A stretch of 64,000 nucleotides of DNA from Promethearchaeota archaeon (GCA_048940765.1 JBHLOG010000001.1:6806-70805), one strand, 5' to 3'. Positions 38,154 through 48,434 are shown, numbered from the stretch's first letter. Translations and numbers: made by a program. The notes: generated by a model not told the origin, from the sequence alone.

Positions 38154-38681
38154 TTATTTATTAGAAGCTACATTTGTAAAAATTGTGAATAATTTTTCTT
38201 TTTTTAATTTATCATCTCTAAGTTCTTCAAGTAATTGATTTATTTTACGTAATTCAACTTTATAATATTTTAGATCCTCCTTAATTTCTGAATGAATCAC
38301 AGATAACTGAATAGAATCATCAATATCGCAGCTTTTTTTGAGAAATTTTAAACATTGATTAATTCTTTCGTAAATTAGGTTATCATCAAATAGTTTGTCA
38401 ACTATTATATTAATTTGCTTAATTACCCAATCTCCACCTTCCTTCTTTTTGATTTGTAATTGTACGTCAGGAAAGTCTAATTCCTCTCTATTATTTCTCA
38501 AACAGATTACTAAACTAGCATTTATACAATTGATATACGTTTTATCGTGTACATTTGGAGCAGAATTCGATAACGAGTTAAGATCTTCTTCACCAACTTC
38601 TTTGAGAATGCAATTAAATAAATTGGTATCGTTTAAATCACAACTAAATATTCTTTCTTCTTCCATATAGATTAAACTCAA
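38154..38681 (-). CDS. divergent OsmC-like paralog with a C-terminal coiled extension
   Basis: Same fold outline (NCINASLVICL...KKSCDIDDSI) but degenerate. First Cys context lost. Confidence 0.4.
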   Translation of the reverse strand: MSLIYMEEERIFSCDLNDTNLFNCILKEVGEEDLNSLSNSAPNVHDKTYINCINASLVICLRNNREELDFPDVQLQIKKKEGGDWVIKQINIIVDKLFDDNLIYERINQCLKFLKKSCDIDDSIQLSVIHSEIKEDLKYYKVELRKINQLLEELRDDKLKKEKLFTIFTNVASNK

Positions 38682-38739
38682 AAAATATTTAATATAGAAT
38701 AACTAATTCAGCTTCTTTCAAAAAGATTATATCTATTAA

Positions 38740-39348
38740 TTAAAAGTTAGAATTTTTATAGTTTTCTTCAATCTTTTTTAAAGCAAAGTGACGATGTAGA
38801 TGAAAGTATAAACCAATGAAGTACAGAAGAATCATATATGAATAATGGATAGCAAACAATAGTAGAAATAAAATCATTAATAGAAAAAAAAAAATTTCTG
38901 TGGCTACGCAAAATTTATTATTATAATATTTCTCGTCAAAAAAGGAAGCAGGTATTTTATATTTGGCTAAATATTTTGATAAATTTTCAAACTCGTCCTT
39001 TGAAATTAGAAATTTAAAACCTATTTGTTTATTTTGAAAATAAAAAAAATTTGTCCCCCAATCGAGTGTATCAATAAAAATGTGAATAGAATAATTAATA
39101 CCTCCAAAAAATAATGCTGTCCAATTTAATCCTAATCCAATAATAATAATGATTAAACTGGGAATAATTGAATGACTAATTAATAGTCTATGATTGTGAT
39201 CTTTAGCATATTTTGAAAAAAATACATCAAAATCACAAATAAATGATAAAAAAGCAATTAAAATGAATTCTAGCATTGTTAGTTTAAATATATAATGTAA
39301 AAGAGATGTTAAAGTAAGTCCAATTGCTATATGAGTATTAATATGCAT
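38740..39348 (-). CDS. membrane protein, possibly a YdjM/DUF457-like metal-dependent hydrolase
   Basis: MHINTHIAIGL N-terminus and His-rich loops (DHNHRLLISH). About 5 TM helices. Confidence 0.35.
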   Translation of the reverse strand: MHINTHIAIGLTLTSLLHYIFKLTMLEFILIAFLSFICDFDVFFSKYAKDHNHRLLISHSIIPSLIIIIIGLGLNWTALFFGGINYSIHIFIDTLDWGTNFFYFQNKQIGFKFLISKDEFENLSKYLAKYKIPASFFDEKYYNNKFCVATEIFFFLLMILFLLLFAIHYSYMILLYFIGLYFHLHRHFALKKIEENYKNSNF

Positions 39349-39366
39349 AATTAATAATGGAAAGAA

Positions 39367-40350
39367 TTAATTAATATATTTCTCTCTCTTAACCCTTTTT
39401 ACAACTGATTTTTTAGTTTCAAAACCAGCAGGTCCCTTTTTTTCAACTAGAAATGATGCGGCTGCTGATGCAAGATATGCGGCATTTTCAATTGATTCCC
39501 AAGATTTATTAGAATGAATAAATTCGTATAAGAATATTGAAAAGTAGACATCTCCAGCACCAGTTTCATCTAAAACCCGTCTAGGTTTAAAAGCAGGGAT
39601 TTTCAATATTCTTTCTCCTTTTTTAATAAGCATAGAACCTTTTTCACCTAACGTCATAATATAAATTCCGTTATTATCATAGATATTAAAATGATTCATT
39701 ACTTTTTCAAAATTAAAACTCTCTCTTGCAAGTAATTTCATTTCTTCCTCTGAACCTTTCAGTATCAATCTATTTCCTATTAAATCAATAACCTTTTTCA
39801 TGTTAGAAATGATATTTTCATCATAAATGTATGAAATTTTGCCATCTTTTGTGATTTTTCTAATAAAACCTTGTAAATCAATACCGATATAAGCATTAGG
39901 AAATTTTTTTAAAATTTGAGATACATAATCATTTGAAATTTCATTACATAAGGGAACAAGTACAATAATATCTGGAGGATTTTCAAGATATTTTGTTGGA
40001 ATATCCTTAAAATCAAGATTAGGGCTTTTTGATTTTAGAGTTAGTATCCTTGCATGATCAAAATATTCTAATACAAAATTGGTATTCTTTACTTGAGAAT
40101 ATGTAATTCCTTCTAAATCAATATTTCTATTATTTATTTTGGACAATAAAGAATGATTAAGATTAAGTTTACCGATATGTGAAATAATACTTATATCAAC
40201 GTCTTGGGTGTATGTTCTTAAAGCTAAGGAGCAATATGTCACACTTCCTCCAAGGCTAGGCTTATTTATTATCTTAAACCGTATTATATGATCGACGGCA
40301 AAATGTCCAACAAAAATTATGGAGGGGTGATTTTTGTTTTGTATATTCAT
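39367..40350 (-). CDS. PfkB-family carbohydrate/nucleoside kinase
   Basis: DETGAGDVYFS (TGAGD anion-hole motif) and an N-terminal GG dipeptide region. Confidence 0.75.
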   Translation of the reverse strand: MNIQNKNHPSIIFVGHFAVDHIIRFKIINKPSLGGSVTYCSLALRTYTQDVDISIISHIGKLNLNHSLLSKINNRNIDLEGITYSQVKNTNFVLEYFDHARILTLKSKSPNLDFKDIPTKYLENPPDIIVLVPLCNEISNDYVSQILKKFPNAYIGIDLQGFIRKITKDGKISYIYDENIISNMKKVIDLIGNRLILKGSEEEMKLLARESFNFEKVMNHFNIYDNNGIYIMTLGEKGSMLIKKGERILKIPAFKPRRVLDETGAGDVYFSIFLYEFIHSNKSWESIENAAYLASAAASFLVEKKGPAGFETKKSVVKRVKREKYIN

Positions 40351-41478
40351 TTAGGATGATTGTAATTCTTCAATAATTTTATTCTTTTCTTCTAGTGTTA
40401 TTTTTAACTTATTTATTTTATCCTGTAAATCTTCAATTAATCCTGACATTGGACCTTCAAGAGCGATAGGCTGAATTTCTTCTTTTGATTTTAATTCTGC
40501 AATCATTAGATCTTTCTCTTTTAACTGTTCTTGGAGAATATTCATTTTTTTTTGAGCTTCGGTAATTTTAATAGTCTCTGCAGCTTCTAGTGATTTTTTT
40601 TGTAAAGATGCTTGTATCTGTGAAATTTCTATTTTAAGTTGTTCATTTTCCTTTTTAAGTTCCTTTATATCCTCAGGTTCTAATTTGAATCCCCCATTTT
40701 GAATTGCCTGTTCAAGTTCAGATTTCTCTTTATTCAATTTATCCACTATTTTTTTGTATTTATTTAGATCAATTTGAAGATCTTGACACAATATTTCTAA
40801 AGTAGATGATGAGGGTTTTACTGATTGGGGTTTTATAACTGATGATTTTGGCGTTTCTACAGGAACTACGTAATCTATTGGTAGCTTTTTCATTTTTTCT
40901 AACAATTGTTCATTCAAAGCCTTATTTTCCTCAGTTAAGTCTTTAATTTTTGATTCTAAATCATCAATTTGTTTTTTCTTTTTAGATAATTCAGATTGTA
41001 AATTATCAATTAATTCTTTTGTGACTATAGATTCAGTTTCAGAAATAGGTTTATCCAGTGGTTTAGCTGGTGTAGAAATAGTTTGTATTTTCATTTTCAA
41101 TTTATTTATTTCATTGATCCTTAATCCTAATTCTTTTTCTTTCTCTGCTAGATTTTGCTCTAAACTTTTTACTTTATTGGTAAGGTCGATAGTTTTTTGC
41201 TGAACTTCGCTTACTTTAATTCCACCTTTCATTCCAGCTTGTTTTAACTCTCTTTTTAGTCTTTCATTCTCTTCAAGAGTATTTCGGACAATTTCTTCAG
41301 TTTTACTAAATAAATCTATGTTCATTTTAATTTTATTACGTAATTCTTCGTTCTCTTTTTCCACTTCTTTAATTCTTTCTAAAGTTTCTCCAATAGCACT
41401 AGACCTATCTTTTTCTACTTCCATTTTCTTTCTCCATAGACTGATGAAATCCTCAACTTTTTCATTATCTTCCGGCAT
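40351..41478 (-). CDS. K/E-rich coiled-coil protein
   Basis: 375 aa, heptad-like throughout. Its stop abuts the PfkB start. Confidence 0.5.
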   Translation of the reverse strand: MPEDNEKVEDFISLWRKKMEVEKDRSSAIGETLERIKEVEKENEELRNKIKMNIDLFSKTEEIVRNTLEENERLKRELKQAGMKGGIKVSEVQQKTIDLTNKVKSLEQNLAEKEKELGLRINEINKLKMKIQTISTPAKPLDKPISETESIVTKELIDNLQSELSKKKKQIDDLESKIKDLTEENKALNEQLLEKMKKLPIDYVVPVETPKSSVIKPQSVKPSSSTLEILCQDLQIDLNKYKKIVDKLNKEKSELEQAIQNGGFKLEPEDIKELKKENEQLKIEISQIQASLQKKSLEAAETIKITEAQKKMNILQEQLKEKDLMIAELKSKEEIQPIALEGPMSGLIEDLQDKINKLKITLEEKNKIIEELQSS

Positions 41479-41527
41479 TTTATTTCAAAACCTTTTCATT
41501 TCCTAATTATTGATGGATAAATATGAA

Positions 41528-42412
41528 TTATTTCATTAATACGCAAGATAAGTACCCAACACAATATCCACTAATATTTCCAGTTCTTTCGGAACTTGTA
41601 TAATATTTCAATAATTTTCCTTTGGTTGCATTTAAATTCTTACATATCATCATTAAAGAAGTTATAGTTTGAGGTCCACAAACTGTTGTTTTTGAAGCAG
41701 CTTCAAGTGTATTTTTTGGGTCACCCTTAATAAAAGCATCAATTACTTGTTGATCGCGTTCTTTAAATTTATCTAATTGTTTAGAATCATATACTTCTTT
41801 ATGGGTCATGTCAGAAGAGGCAACAATTACTACATCTTTATCATATGATTGAATTGCTTTCGCAATATCACTTGCTAATCTATTTAAGACATTAAAATCT
41901 TTATTTGATATTGTTATTGGAATAAATTTAACATCTTTCTCCTGAGCACAATATTTAATAAATGGTAATTGTACTTCGATATTATGCTCTCTTCCAAAAG
42001 GAAAACCAATAAATGCTGATTCATCTTTTTTTATAATTTCACTATTTTTTAGTATTTTTTCAGATAATTTTTCATCAATACTAATATTTCCTAGAGGTGT
42101 TTCCCATTCTCCCTCATCCATTAAACCTATTTTTCCATAACCAATATGATCTGTACCTAAAACTATAATTGTATCCGGAATTCTTTCTTTAAACAAATTT
42201 AAATAAGTAAAAGCTGCACAACATCCAGAATAGATGTATCCTGCATGAGGAGAAACACCACCAATGATGGATCTTTGTTCTTGATTCAGAGTTTTTAATT
42301 CCTCTCCGGGTCCAAATTCCTTATTAATAAACGATTCTTTTAATATATTTATTAAATCCGGTTTATAACGCGGATAAAAACTACCAGCTACAGCAGCTTT
42401 ACGAATAACCAT
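41528..42412 (-). CDS. MEMO1 / AmmeMemoRadiSam system protein B family
   Basis: AVAGSFYP, GGVSPHAGYIYSG and SSDMTH motifs. Confidence 0.85.
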   Translation of the reverse strand: MVIRKAAVAGSFYPRYKPDLINILKESFINKEFGPGEELKTLNQEQRSIIGGVSPHAGYIYSGCCAAFTYLNLFKERIPDTIIVLGTDHIGYGKIGLMDEGEWETPLGNISIDEKLSEKILKNSEIIKKDESAFIGFPFGREHNIEVQLPFIKYCAQEKDVKFIPITISNKDFNVLNRLASDIAKAIQSYDKDVVIVASSDMTHKEVYDSKQLDKFKERDQQVIDAFIKGDPKNTLEAASKTTVCGPQTITSLMMICKNLNATKGKLLKYYTSSERTGNISGYCVGYLSCVLMK

Positions 42413-42532
42413 TTTTTTAACACGAGTAATTTTTTGTTATGTTATTAAAATTATTAATATTGAAAATTATATAATATCATCTAATCATTGTAAAATTGAA
42501 AGATTTATTAAATTATTTTTAATATCTCTTTA

Positions 42533-43129
42533 GTGATGAACCAAGAAAACAATAAACAACTCTCTCTTGAAGATATTGAAGTACCAGATAAAATCCCTGC
42601 AAAATTTATAAACAATCGAGTTATTGTTTTCAACCCATTGTATGCTTCATATTTATATGTGAAGAAAGGGTTCTTTGGCTCACCTTTAGGAATTAATAAA
42701 CCCAGATTAGAATACTTTTCTAAACCAAGCGAGCTATCATTAATCGAAGCTTATTATTTACTAGAAAAGGACGAATTAACAATTTTTGATGTAAATGACA
42801 AGAAAAATTTAACACCTAAGGAATTTTATGAGATCGCTAAAAAAAATCATCATAAATTTGAAGAAAAATATGTTATATACAAAGATTTAAGGGATAGAGG
42901 ATACATTCCAAGACCAGGATTAAAATTTGGGGCAGACTTTGTTGTGTATCGTCTTGGTCCGGGACTTGAACATTCTCTTTTTATGGTCCATGTTCTACCT
43001 CATGACTCAGAGATCTCAGCTGTAGACATGGTAAGGGCTGGGCGATTAGCAACATCTGTGAGAAAGAAATTTGTAATCGCCAATCCTCTTACCTGTAGCT
43101 ATTATTTCTTTGAGTGGTTCAAACCATAA
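42533..43129 (+). CDS. endA: tRNA-splicing (BHB) endonuclease
   Basis: YKDLRDRGYIPRPGLKFGADFVVY...HSLFMVHVL catalytic-domain signature. About 198 aa (homotetramer-type size). ATG at 42536 is the likely start. Confidence 0.85.
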   Translation: MMNQENNKQLSLEDIEVPDKIPAKFINNRVIVFNPLYASYLYVKKGFFGSPLGINKPRLEYFSKPSELSLIEAYYLLEKDELTIFDVNDKKNLTPKEFYEIAKKNHHKFEEKYVIYKDLRDRGYIPRPGLKFGADFVVYRLGPGLEHSLFMVHVLPHDSEISAVDMVRAGRLATSVRKKFVIANPLTCSYYFFEWFKP

Positions 43130-43157
43130 AAAACAAGTATATTTTCAAAGAATTTAT

Positions 43158-44981
43158 TTATTTCAGTTTTAAAAATCTTAATTTTTGAATTAAATTGTTC
43201 TTAATTAGTTCAAGATGTTGAAAGTCATTATTCTCAATAGAGTGCCTTAAATTTAAAATTTCATTATAAATATCTTGATCTAGTAAATCTTCAATTAAAA
43301 TTCCTTGATCTATAAGTACTTTCCCTTCATTATAAATTAAAAGAATAATTTTAATCAAACCTAACATTTTTTTAACACTAGTGAAACTATCTATTTTATC
43401 AAATGCATTTTGATTTAAAAAACCATTTTTAATTAATTTCGCAATAAAGAGTATTAATTGTTGATTTTCTGGCAAATTTTTTTCTCCAATCAACTGAATA
43501 ATGTATTTTAGGTCTTGCTCTTTGGATAAAATCTCGTTTAATTGTTCTCGACATTCACTCCAGTCGATATCTATTTCTGGCCAATTAATATCGTTATCGT
43601 ACCACCAATTTTTTATTGATGAAGGATATGTTGAATAAGAATTCATCCAATTTATTGCAGGATAATGTTTTAAATAGGCTAAACTGGAGTCCAAAGCCCA
43701 AAACACTTGTACCAATCTCTTTGTTGTTGCTGTTACTGGTTCGCTAAAATCCCCCCCAGGTGGTGAAATTGTCCCAACAATTGTTAAAGATCCTCTTTTT
43801 TCTTTTCCTTTATAATCTACGCCATTTGTTTTTACAATACCAGCTCTTTCATAAAAACTTGATAGTTTTGAAGATAAATAAGCAGGATACCCTTCTTCTG
43901 CGGGCATTTCCTCTAATAATCCTGAAATTTCTCTTAAAGATTCAGCCCATCTTGATGTACTATCGGCTAAAACAGCAACATCATAACCCATATCTCGATA
44001 ATATTCTGCTATAGTAACTCCAGAAAATAAACTAGCTTCTCTAGCAGAAACAGGCATATTAGAAGTATTAGCTATTAAAATGATATGTTCTAATAAAGGT
44101 CGTCCTGTTTGAGGATTTATTATTTCAGAAAATTGCTTCAGAATATTAGCTATTTCATTCCCTGGTTCTCCACACCCTATATACACACAAACATCTACAT
44201 TACTCCACTTAGCTAAAGATTGTTGTATAACAGTTTTTCCAGTTCCAAATCCTCCTGGTATAGCAACTGTTCCCCCTTTTGCTATTGGAAATAGTAGATC
44301 TATAACGCGAATTCCAGTAATTAATGGTATTGTAGCATCTTCTTTTTTATTATAAGGGCGATTTACTGTCACTGGCCATTTTTGTAACATTGAAAATGAT
44401 TCTTCTGTTGAATTTATTCTCAACCTATAGATCTCATCTAAAATTGTATATTCTCCTTCTTTTGTGATAAATGAAAGAATTCCTGATTTATATGGAGGAA
44501 TCATAATCTTATGTTCTAAAAATGGGGTTTCTTGAACAAAACCAATAACATCTCCACAACTTACTTTTTCATTTAGCTTTTTTAATGGTGTAAAATACCA
44601 TTTTTTAGTTCTAGATAAAGGTGGAATTTTAAAACCTCGGGTTAATCTCCCAGAAGTGGTGTTTTCAAAAACCTTTTCTAATGGTCGCTGTATTCCATCA
44701 AAAACATGGGAGATTAAACCGGGAGCCAATTCCATTGAAAGAGGTTCGTTTAAACTTATAACTTTTTCATTCAATTTTACATTTGTTGTATTTTCAAAAC
44801 ACTGTGCAACGATATGATCAGGATATATTTGGATTACCTCTCCTAAAATCTCATGTTCTGATATTTTTATCAAATCATGAAGACGAATGTATTTTTCTAA
44901 CCCTTTAATTTCTATCAAGGAACCTATAATTGCTGAAATATAACCAGAGTTTATATCAATATTAGGCTCTATTGAATTCAT
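43158..44981 (-). CDS. atpA: A/V-type ATPase catalytic subunit A, second paralog (GER motif changed to GEP)
   Basis: Roughly two-thirds identical by eye to the 49823-51667 copy. Walker A GGFGTGKT is intact. GCGEPGNE (cca) versus GCGERGNE (cga) in copy 1. Confidence 0.85.
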   Translation of the reverse strand: MNSIEPNIDINSGYISAIIGSLIEIKGLEKYIRLHDLIKISEHEILGEVIQIYPDHIVAQCFENTTNVKLNEKVISLNEPLSMELAPGLISHVFDGIQRPLEKVFENTTSGRLTRGFKIPPLSRTKKWYFTPLKKLNEKVSCGDVIGFVQETPFLEHKIMIPPYKSGILSFITKEGEYTILDEIYRLRINSTEESFSMLQKWPVTVNRPYNKKEDATIPLITGIRVIDLLFPIAKGGTVAIPGGFGTGKTVIQQSLAKWSNVDVCVYIGCGEPGNEIANILKQFSEIINPQTGRPLLEHIILIANTSNMPVSAREASLFSGVTIAEYYRDMGYDVAVLADSTSRWAESLREISGLLEEMPAEEGYPAYLSSKLSSFYERAGIVKTNGVDYKGKEKRGSLTIVGTISPPGGDFSEPVTATTKRLVQVFWALDSSLAYLKHYPAINWMNSYSTYPSSIKNWWYDNDINWPEIDIDWSECREQLNEILSKEQDLKYIIQLIGEKNLPENQQLILFIAKLIKNGFLNQNAFDKIDSFTSVKKMLGLIKIILLIYNEGKVLIDQGILIEDLLDQDIYNEILNLRHSIENNDFQHLELIKNNLIQKLRFLKLK

Positions 44982-45005
44982 TTAATTTCTTCTAACCCTC
45001 AGATC

Positions 45006-45494
45006 TTAATATTTTACTTGCGCATTACAAAAAGGACATTTTTTAACGAAATTTGGTATGATATTTCCACAATTTTCACATTTGTTGATTATTGGCTTGC
45101 GATATCTGAAGTCAAGATTAACTGATCTTGGAATTTTGGGCTGAAATTGTCGCATTTCTTCTTCATATTGAGTGGTTATGCTTTTTTTTTGATACTCTGA
45201 TGTAGATTTTCTTTTTCTATTTGGAAACATTCTTGCATAGAGAGATCTTTTATTTTTTCTTAGAAAAGGACTAATTGTAACTAATAAAATAAAAATGAAT
45301 AATAATGTAGTTATGAAAGGATGAATTCCTAGGTGAATTAAAAAAAAATAGAGATAAATCATTATACCTAAATAAATTGCGAATACCACTAACCAGATAA
45401 TAAGCTTTTTCTTAATTCTCCTCCTTTCAATTATTTCATTCGACATAAACAAATCTAATTCTAATAATATTTTATTTTCTCTTAAATTATTCAA
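45006..45494 (-). CDS. membrane protein (2-3 TM) with a C-terminal zinc ribbon, embedded in the ATPase operon
   Basis: CENCGNIIPNFVKKCPFC. Overlaps the atpI stop by 8 nt. Confidence 0.55.
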   Translation of the reverse strand: MNNLRENKILLELDLFMSNEIIERRRIKKKLIIWLVVFAIYLGIMIYLYFFLIHLGIHPFITTLLFIFILLVTISPFLRKNKRSLYARMFPNRKRKSTSEYQKKSITTQYEEEMRQFQPKIPRSVNLDFRYRKPIINKCENCGNIIPNFVKKCPFCNAQVKY

Positions 45495-47775
45495 ATCTTT
45501 GAGTTAGATAATTCTTAGCTTTATCTATCTCTTCCTTTATTGTTTTCATTTCAAACTCTTTTTCAATTTCTTCAGAAATAATATCTTTTTCAGCTACTCT
45601 TTTAAATTTGATATTAGAATAATTATTATCTAAATAGAAGGGAAAATATTCGATACCACCTCCTCGATAGAACTTGAAAAAGAATTCATAGAAATGAAGT
45701 CTTATGGCATTGATAAATGCTAACAAACCTTCTAAGAGGATTATAACTATATTCCCAAATACTGAACCAATAATATTTATTATCTGTACTCCAATATTCT
45801 CCCCTTGGATCAATGTAGACATTGCATTTATGGCATATAACAAAGCAATATGAGCTAATGCTAAAGCTAATATTCGGATATAAGATGCAACATTACTCAT
45901 AACAGATAAGAATGTATCAAATGTTTCAATTGATCCTTCACCTAATAATCCGGTATAAGATTCACTTTTTAAATATGAAATTTTGAGTATTTTTCCGACA
46001 GGTTTCAAAAACCATAAGAGAAGAGCAGGGATTAGAACTAATAAAATTGGATAGGGAAATTTCAACCAACCATATATATCAAATCCAAATCCAAAAATTA
46101 AAATAGTTCCTCCTATTAATAATAGGATTTTTATGAATGAATCACTGAACGCTAAGTATTTTCTATGTTGTTTCCAATAATTTAAAAATTGTATGATCCA
46201 TCCTAAAGTTATATGAAATACTCCAATATATATGGCAAAATAAAATACTGAGAGAATATTACCTAATGGATTATATAATGTAATATTGAGGAAAGGGATT
46301 GTTACTGGTTCCAAGTGGAAGTAAACTGTTCCAAATATCTCGATTTCATGTTTCCCAAAAAATTCTCCGTATAAAAATCCTATAAGTACAGATGCCCATC
46401 CACAAAGAAAGATAATCCAGCTTATATTTATAGCATTTTTACTTTTGTTTTTAAGTACTCTGGTACCAATGAATCCTGCTATAATTAAGATCAAACCATG
46501 CCCAATATCTCCAAACATTAAACCAAAAAGCAATGGAAAAGTGATAGCAATAATAGGAGTAGGATCTATTTCAGAATAAGTAGGAATTCCATACATTTTT
46601 GTGATTGTTTCAAAAGGTCTTACAAGAAAGAAATTTTTCATGATTGTAGGAGTATTTTCTCTTAAATCTTCTTTTCCTTCATCTTTTTTGTTTGATTCAG
46701 TTTCTTCAATGCTTTCTTTTATTATTGGTTTCCCAATCTTTTTTATTAATTTTTCTTTTTCCGGTAAAGATTCATAACTTGGGCGACCTTTTGATACATC
46801 TTGTGCTTCAATTGATATATTTTCTTTAAATATATCAAATAACTTTTGTTTAACTTCTTCTTTTTTTGATAATGGGATGAAAAATTTTAGAAATAATCGA
46901 TTTGAAGGTAATTTTTCAAATTGTTGCTCAACCCAATTATATTCCTCAATGTTTTGAACAATTTCGTTAATACCAGCAAATTTTAAGAGATTTTCTTTAG
47001 TAATTCGATTTTGTTCTTTTTTATATCTTGATATTAAATTTTCAATAAAATTAATTTCCTTATCTATTCTTAAAAAGTTAATTCCCTCACTTGTTAGATA
47101 TTTTTTTAAAATTGGAACTTCTTCGGAATGGATTAAACGAATTCTTCCATTAAATTCATCTTGTTTATCTTTTGGGTAGATTATATAAAAACAGATTCGA
47201 TCATCTGATATTTGAAAAGTTTCATAAACATTAGGGAATTCAGAAAAATCAAAAAGATTTTGCAAATTAGTTAAATTCTTAGAAAATGTTGTAAAAACTC
47301 GTAAATAAAAATGTCTTAGTTTTTGTAAATTTTCAGTGTTTAAATTTATTTTCTTTAAAAATTTATAACTAACTTTTATAGAATTAAGATTATCAACTTC
47401 TATTTTACCTTTCGATATATAAGTATTTAACTCTATAGCCCTATTTGTATAAAAATCTATTTCCTCCAAAAGACTATTTATTAGTTCATGAAAATCTTGA
47501 GTAACAAATTCTACTTTTTCATTTTTTTTAGTTTTTAAATTTTGGAGGTCATATTCACTAATTTCAAGTTTTTTAAATAAATTATTTAAATTTTTTCTCA
47601 AATCTTTAATTTTTTCTCGAAACGGATCTTTTTCTTCTGACCCTTTCTCATATTTGGATTTTTTCTTTGATTTTATATGAACAGCGTTCATATTAGATAA
47701 TTCCATTATAAATTGATCTTTATAATTCTGGTTTATTTCTGCTCTCATCAAACAAAACTCGTCTTTTTTGACCAT
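45487..47775 (-). CDS. atpI: A/V-type ATPase subunit I (a-subunit homolog)
   Basis: 762 aa. Cytoplasmic coiled N-half and a polytopic C-half with the conserved Arg region (ASYIRILALALAH). Confidence 0.85.
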   Translation of the reverse strand: MVKKDEFCLMRAEINQNYKDQFIMELSNMNAVHIKSKKKSKYEKGSEEKDPFREKIKDLRKNLNNLFKKLEISEYDLQNLKTKKNEKVEFVTQDFHELINSLLEEIDFYTNRAIELNTYISKGKIEVDNLNSIKVSYKFLKKINLNTENLQKLRHFYLRVFTTFSKNLTNLQNLFDFSEFPNVYETFQISDDRICFYIIYPKDKQDEFNGRIRLIHSEEVPILKKYLTSEGINFLRIDKEINFIENLISRYKKEQNRITKENLLKFAGINEIVQNIEEYNWVEQQFEKLPSNRLFLKFFIPLSKKEEVKQKLFDIFKENISIEAQDVSKGRPSYESLPEKEKLIKKIGKPIIKESIEETESNKKDEGKEDLRENTPTIMKNFFLVRPFETITKMYGIPTYSEIDPTPIIAITFPLLFGLMFGDIGHGLILIIAGFIGTRVLKNKSKNAINISWIIFLCGWASVLIGFLYGEFFGKHEIEIFGTVYFHLEPVTIPFLNITLYNPLGNILSVFYFAIYIGVFHITLGWIIQFLNYWKQHRKYLAFSDSFIKILLLIGGTILIFGFGFDIYGWLKFPYPILLVLIPALLLWFLKPVGKILKISYLKSESYTGLLGEGSIETFDTFLSVMSNVASYIRILALALAHIALLYAINAMSTLIQGENIGVQIINIIGSVFGNIVIILLEGLLAFINAIRLHFYEFFFKFYRGGGIEYFPFYLDNNYSNIKFKRVAEKDIISEEIEKEFEMKTIKEEIDKAKNYLTQRFE

Positions 47776-47795
47776 GTCTCCAGACTCTACTGCGT

Positions 47796-48344
47796 TTATT
47801 TTTTAATAATTATATCTTTAGTTTTTTTTAATCTAATATAATTCTCTCTCTCAATTTCTTCCAATATTTCTTTAATTTGTTTTATATTCGATTTTAATTT
47901 CGGAATTATTAAATTTTTTAAACCATTTATCCTACGATTAATTTTTTTAAAATTTATGGCATATTTTAATATTAAATCTTCTATTTCAGAAAATTGTATT
48001 AATGAACTAAAGAAATCCTTTAAAGTATAAATTAAATCATCCAGATAATGACTTGTGTTTTCAAATGTATATGCTGGGAGTTTCTCTTCATGAATTAATT
48101 TATATTTAATTTGAGGAAATAGAATTCCTGCCTTCTTCAAGTGAAGTATTTCAATTGTAGGTTTATATTGAATTCTACTTAATTTACTAACTAAAATAAG
48201 TTCATTCTTACCCATCTCTTCATAAGTTAAATAAAGAAGATTCATTGATTCTTTAAATAAAGAGAGAAATTCTTTCCGATAAGAAGCATATTCTTTCCAT
48301 AATTTTCTGAGCTCGAAGATTAATTGTTCTCTTCTAAATTCCAA
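47796..48344 (-). CDS. atpD: A/V-type ATPase subunit D (true N-terminus probably extends to 48434)
   Basis: C-terminal NRRINGLKNLIIPKL...EEIERENYIRLKK. 30 upstream in-frame codons encode the conserved IKPSKINLISLKKRL..A.KG motif. Confidence 0.8.
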   Translation of the reverse strand: MEFRREQLIFELRKLWKEYASYRKEFLSLFKESMNLLYLTYEEMGKNELILVSKLSRIQYKPTIEILHLKKAGILFPQIKYKLIHEEKLPAYTFENTSHYLDDLIYTLKDFFSSLIQFSEIEDLILKYAINFKKINRRINGLKNLIIPKLKSNIKQIKEILEEIERENYIRLKKTKDIIIKK

Positions 48345-48434
48345 AAAGTTTTCTCCTTTATTTGCAAAACTTAATCTTTTTTTTAAAGAAATTAAATTTA
48401 TTTTTGAAGGCTTTATTTCTCTAAAACTTATAAT

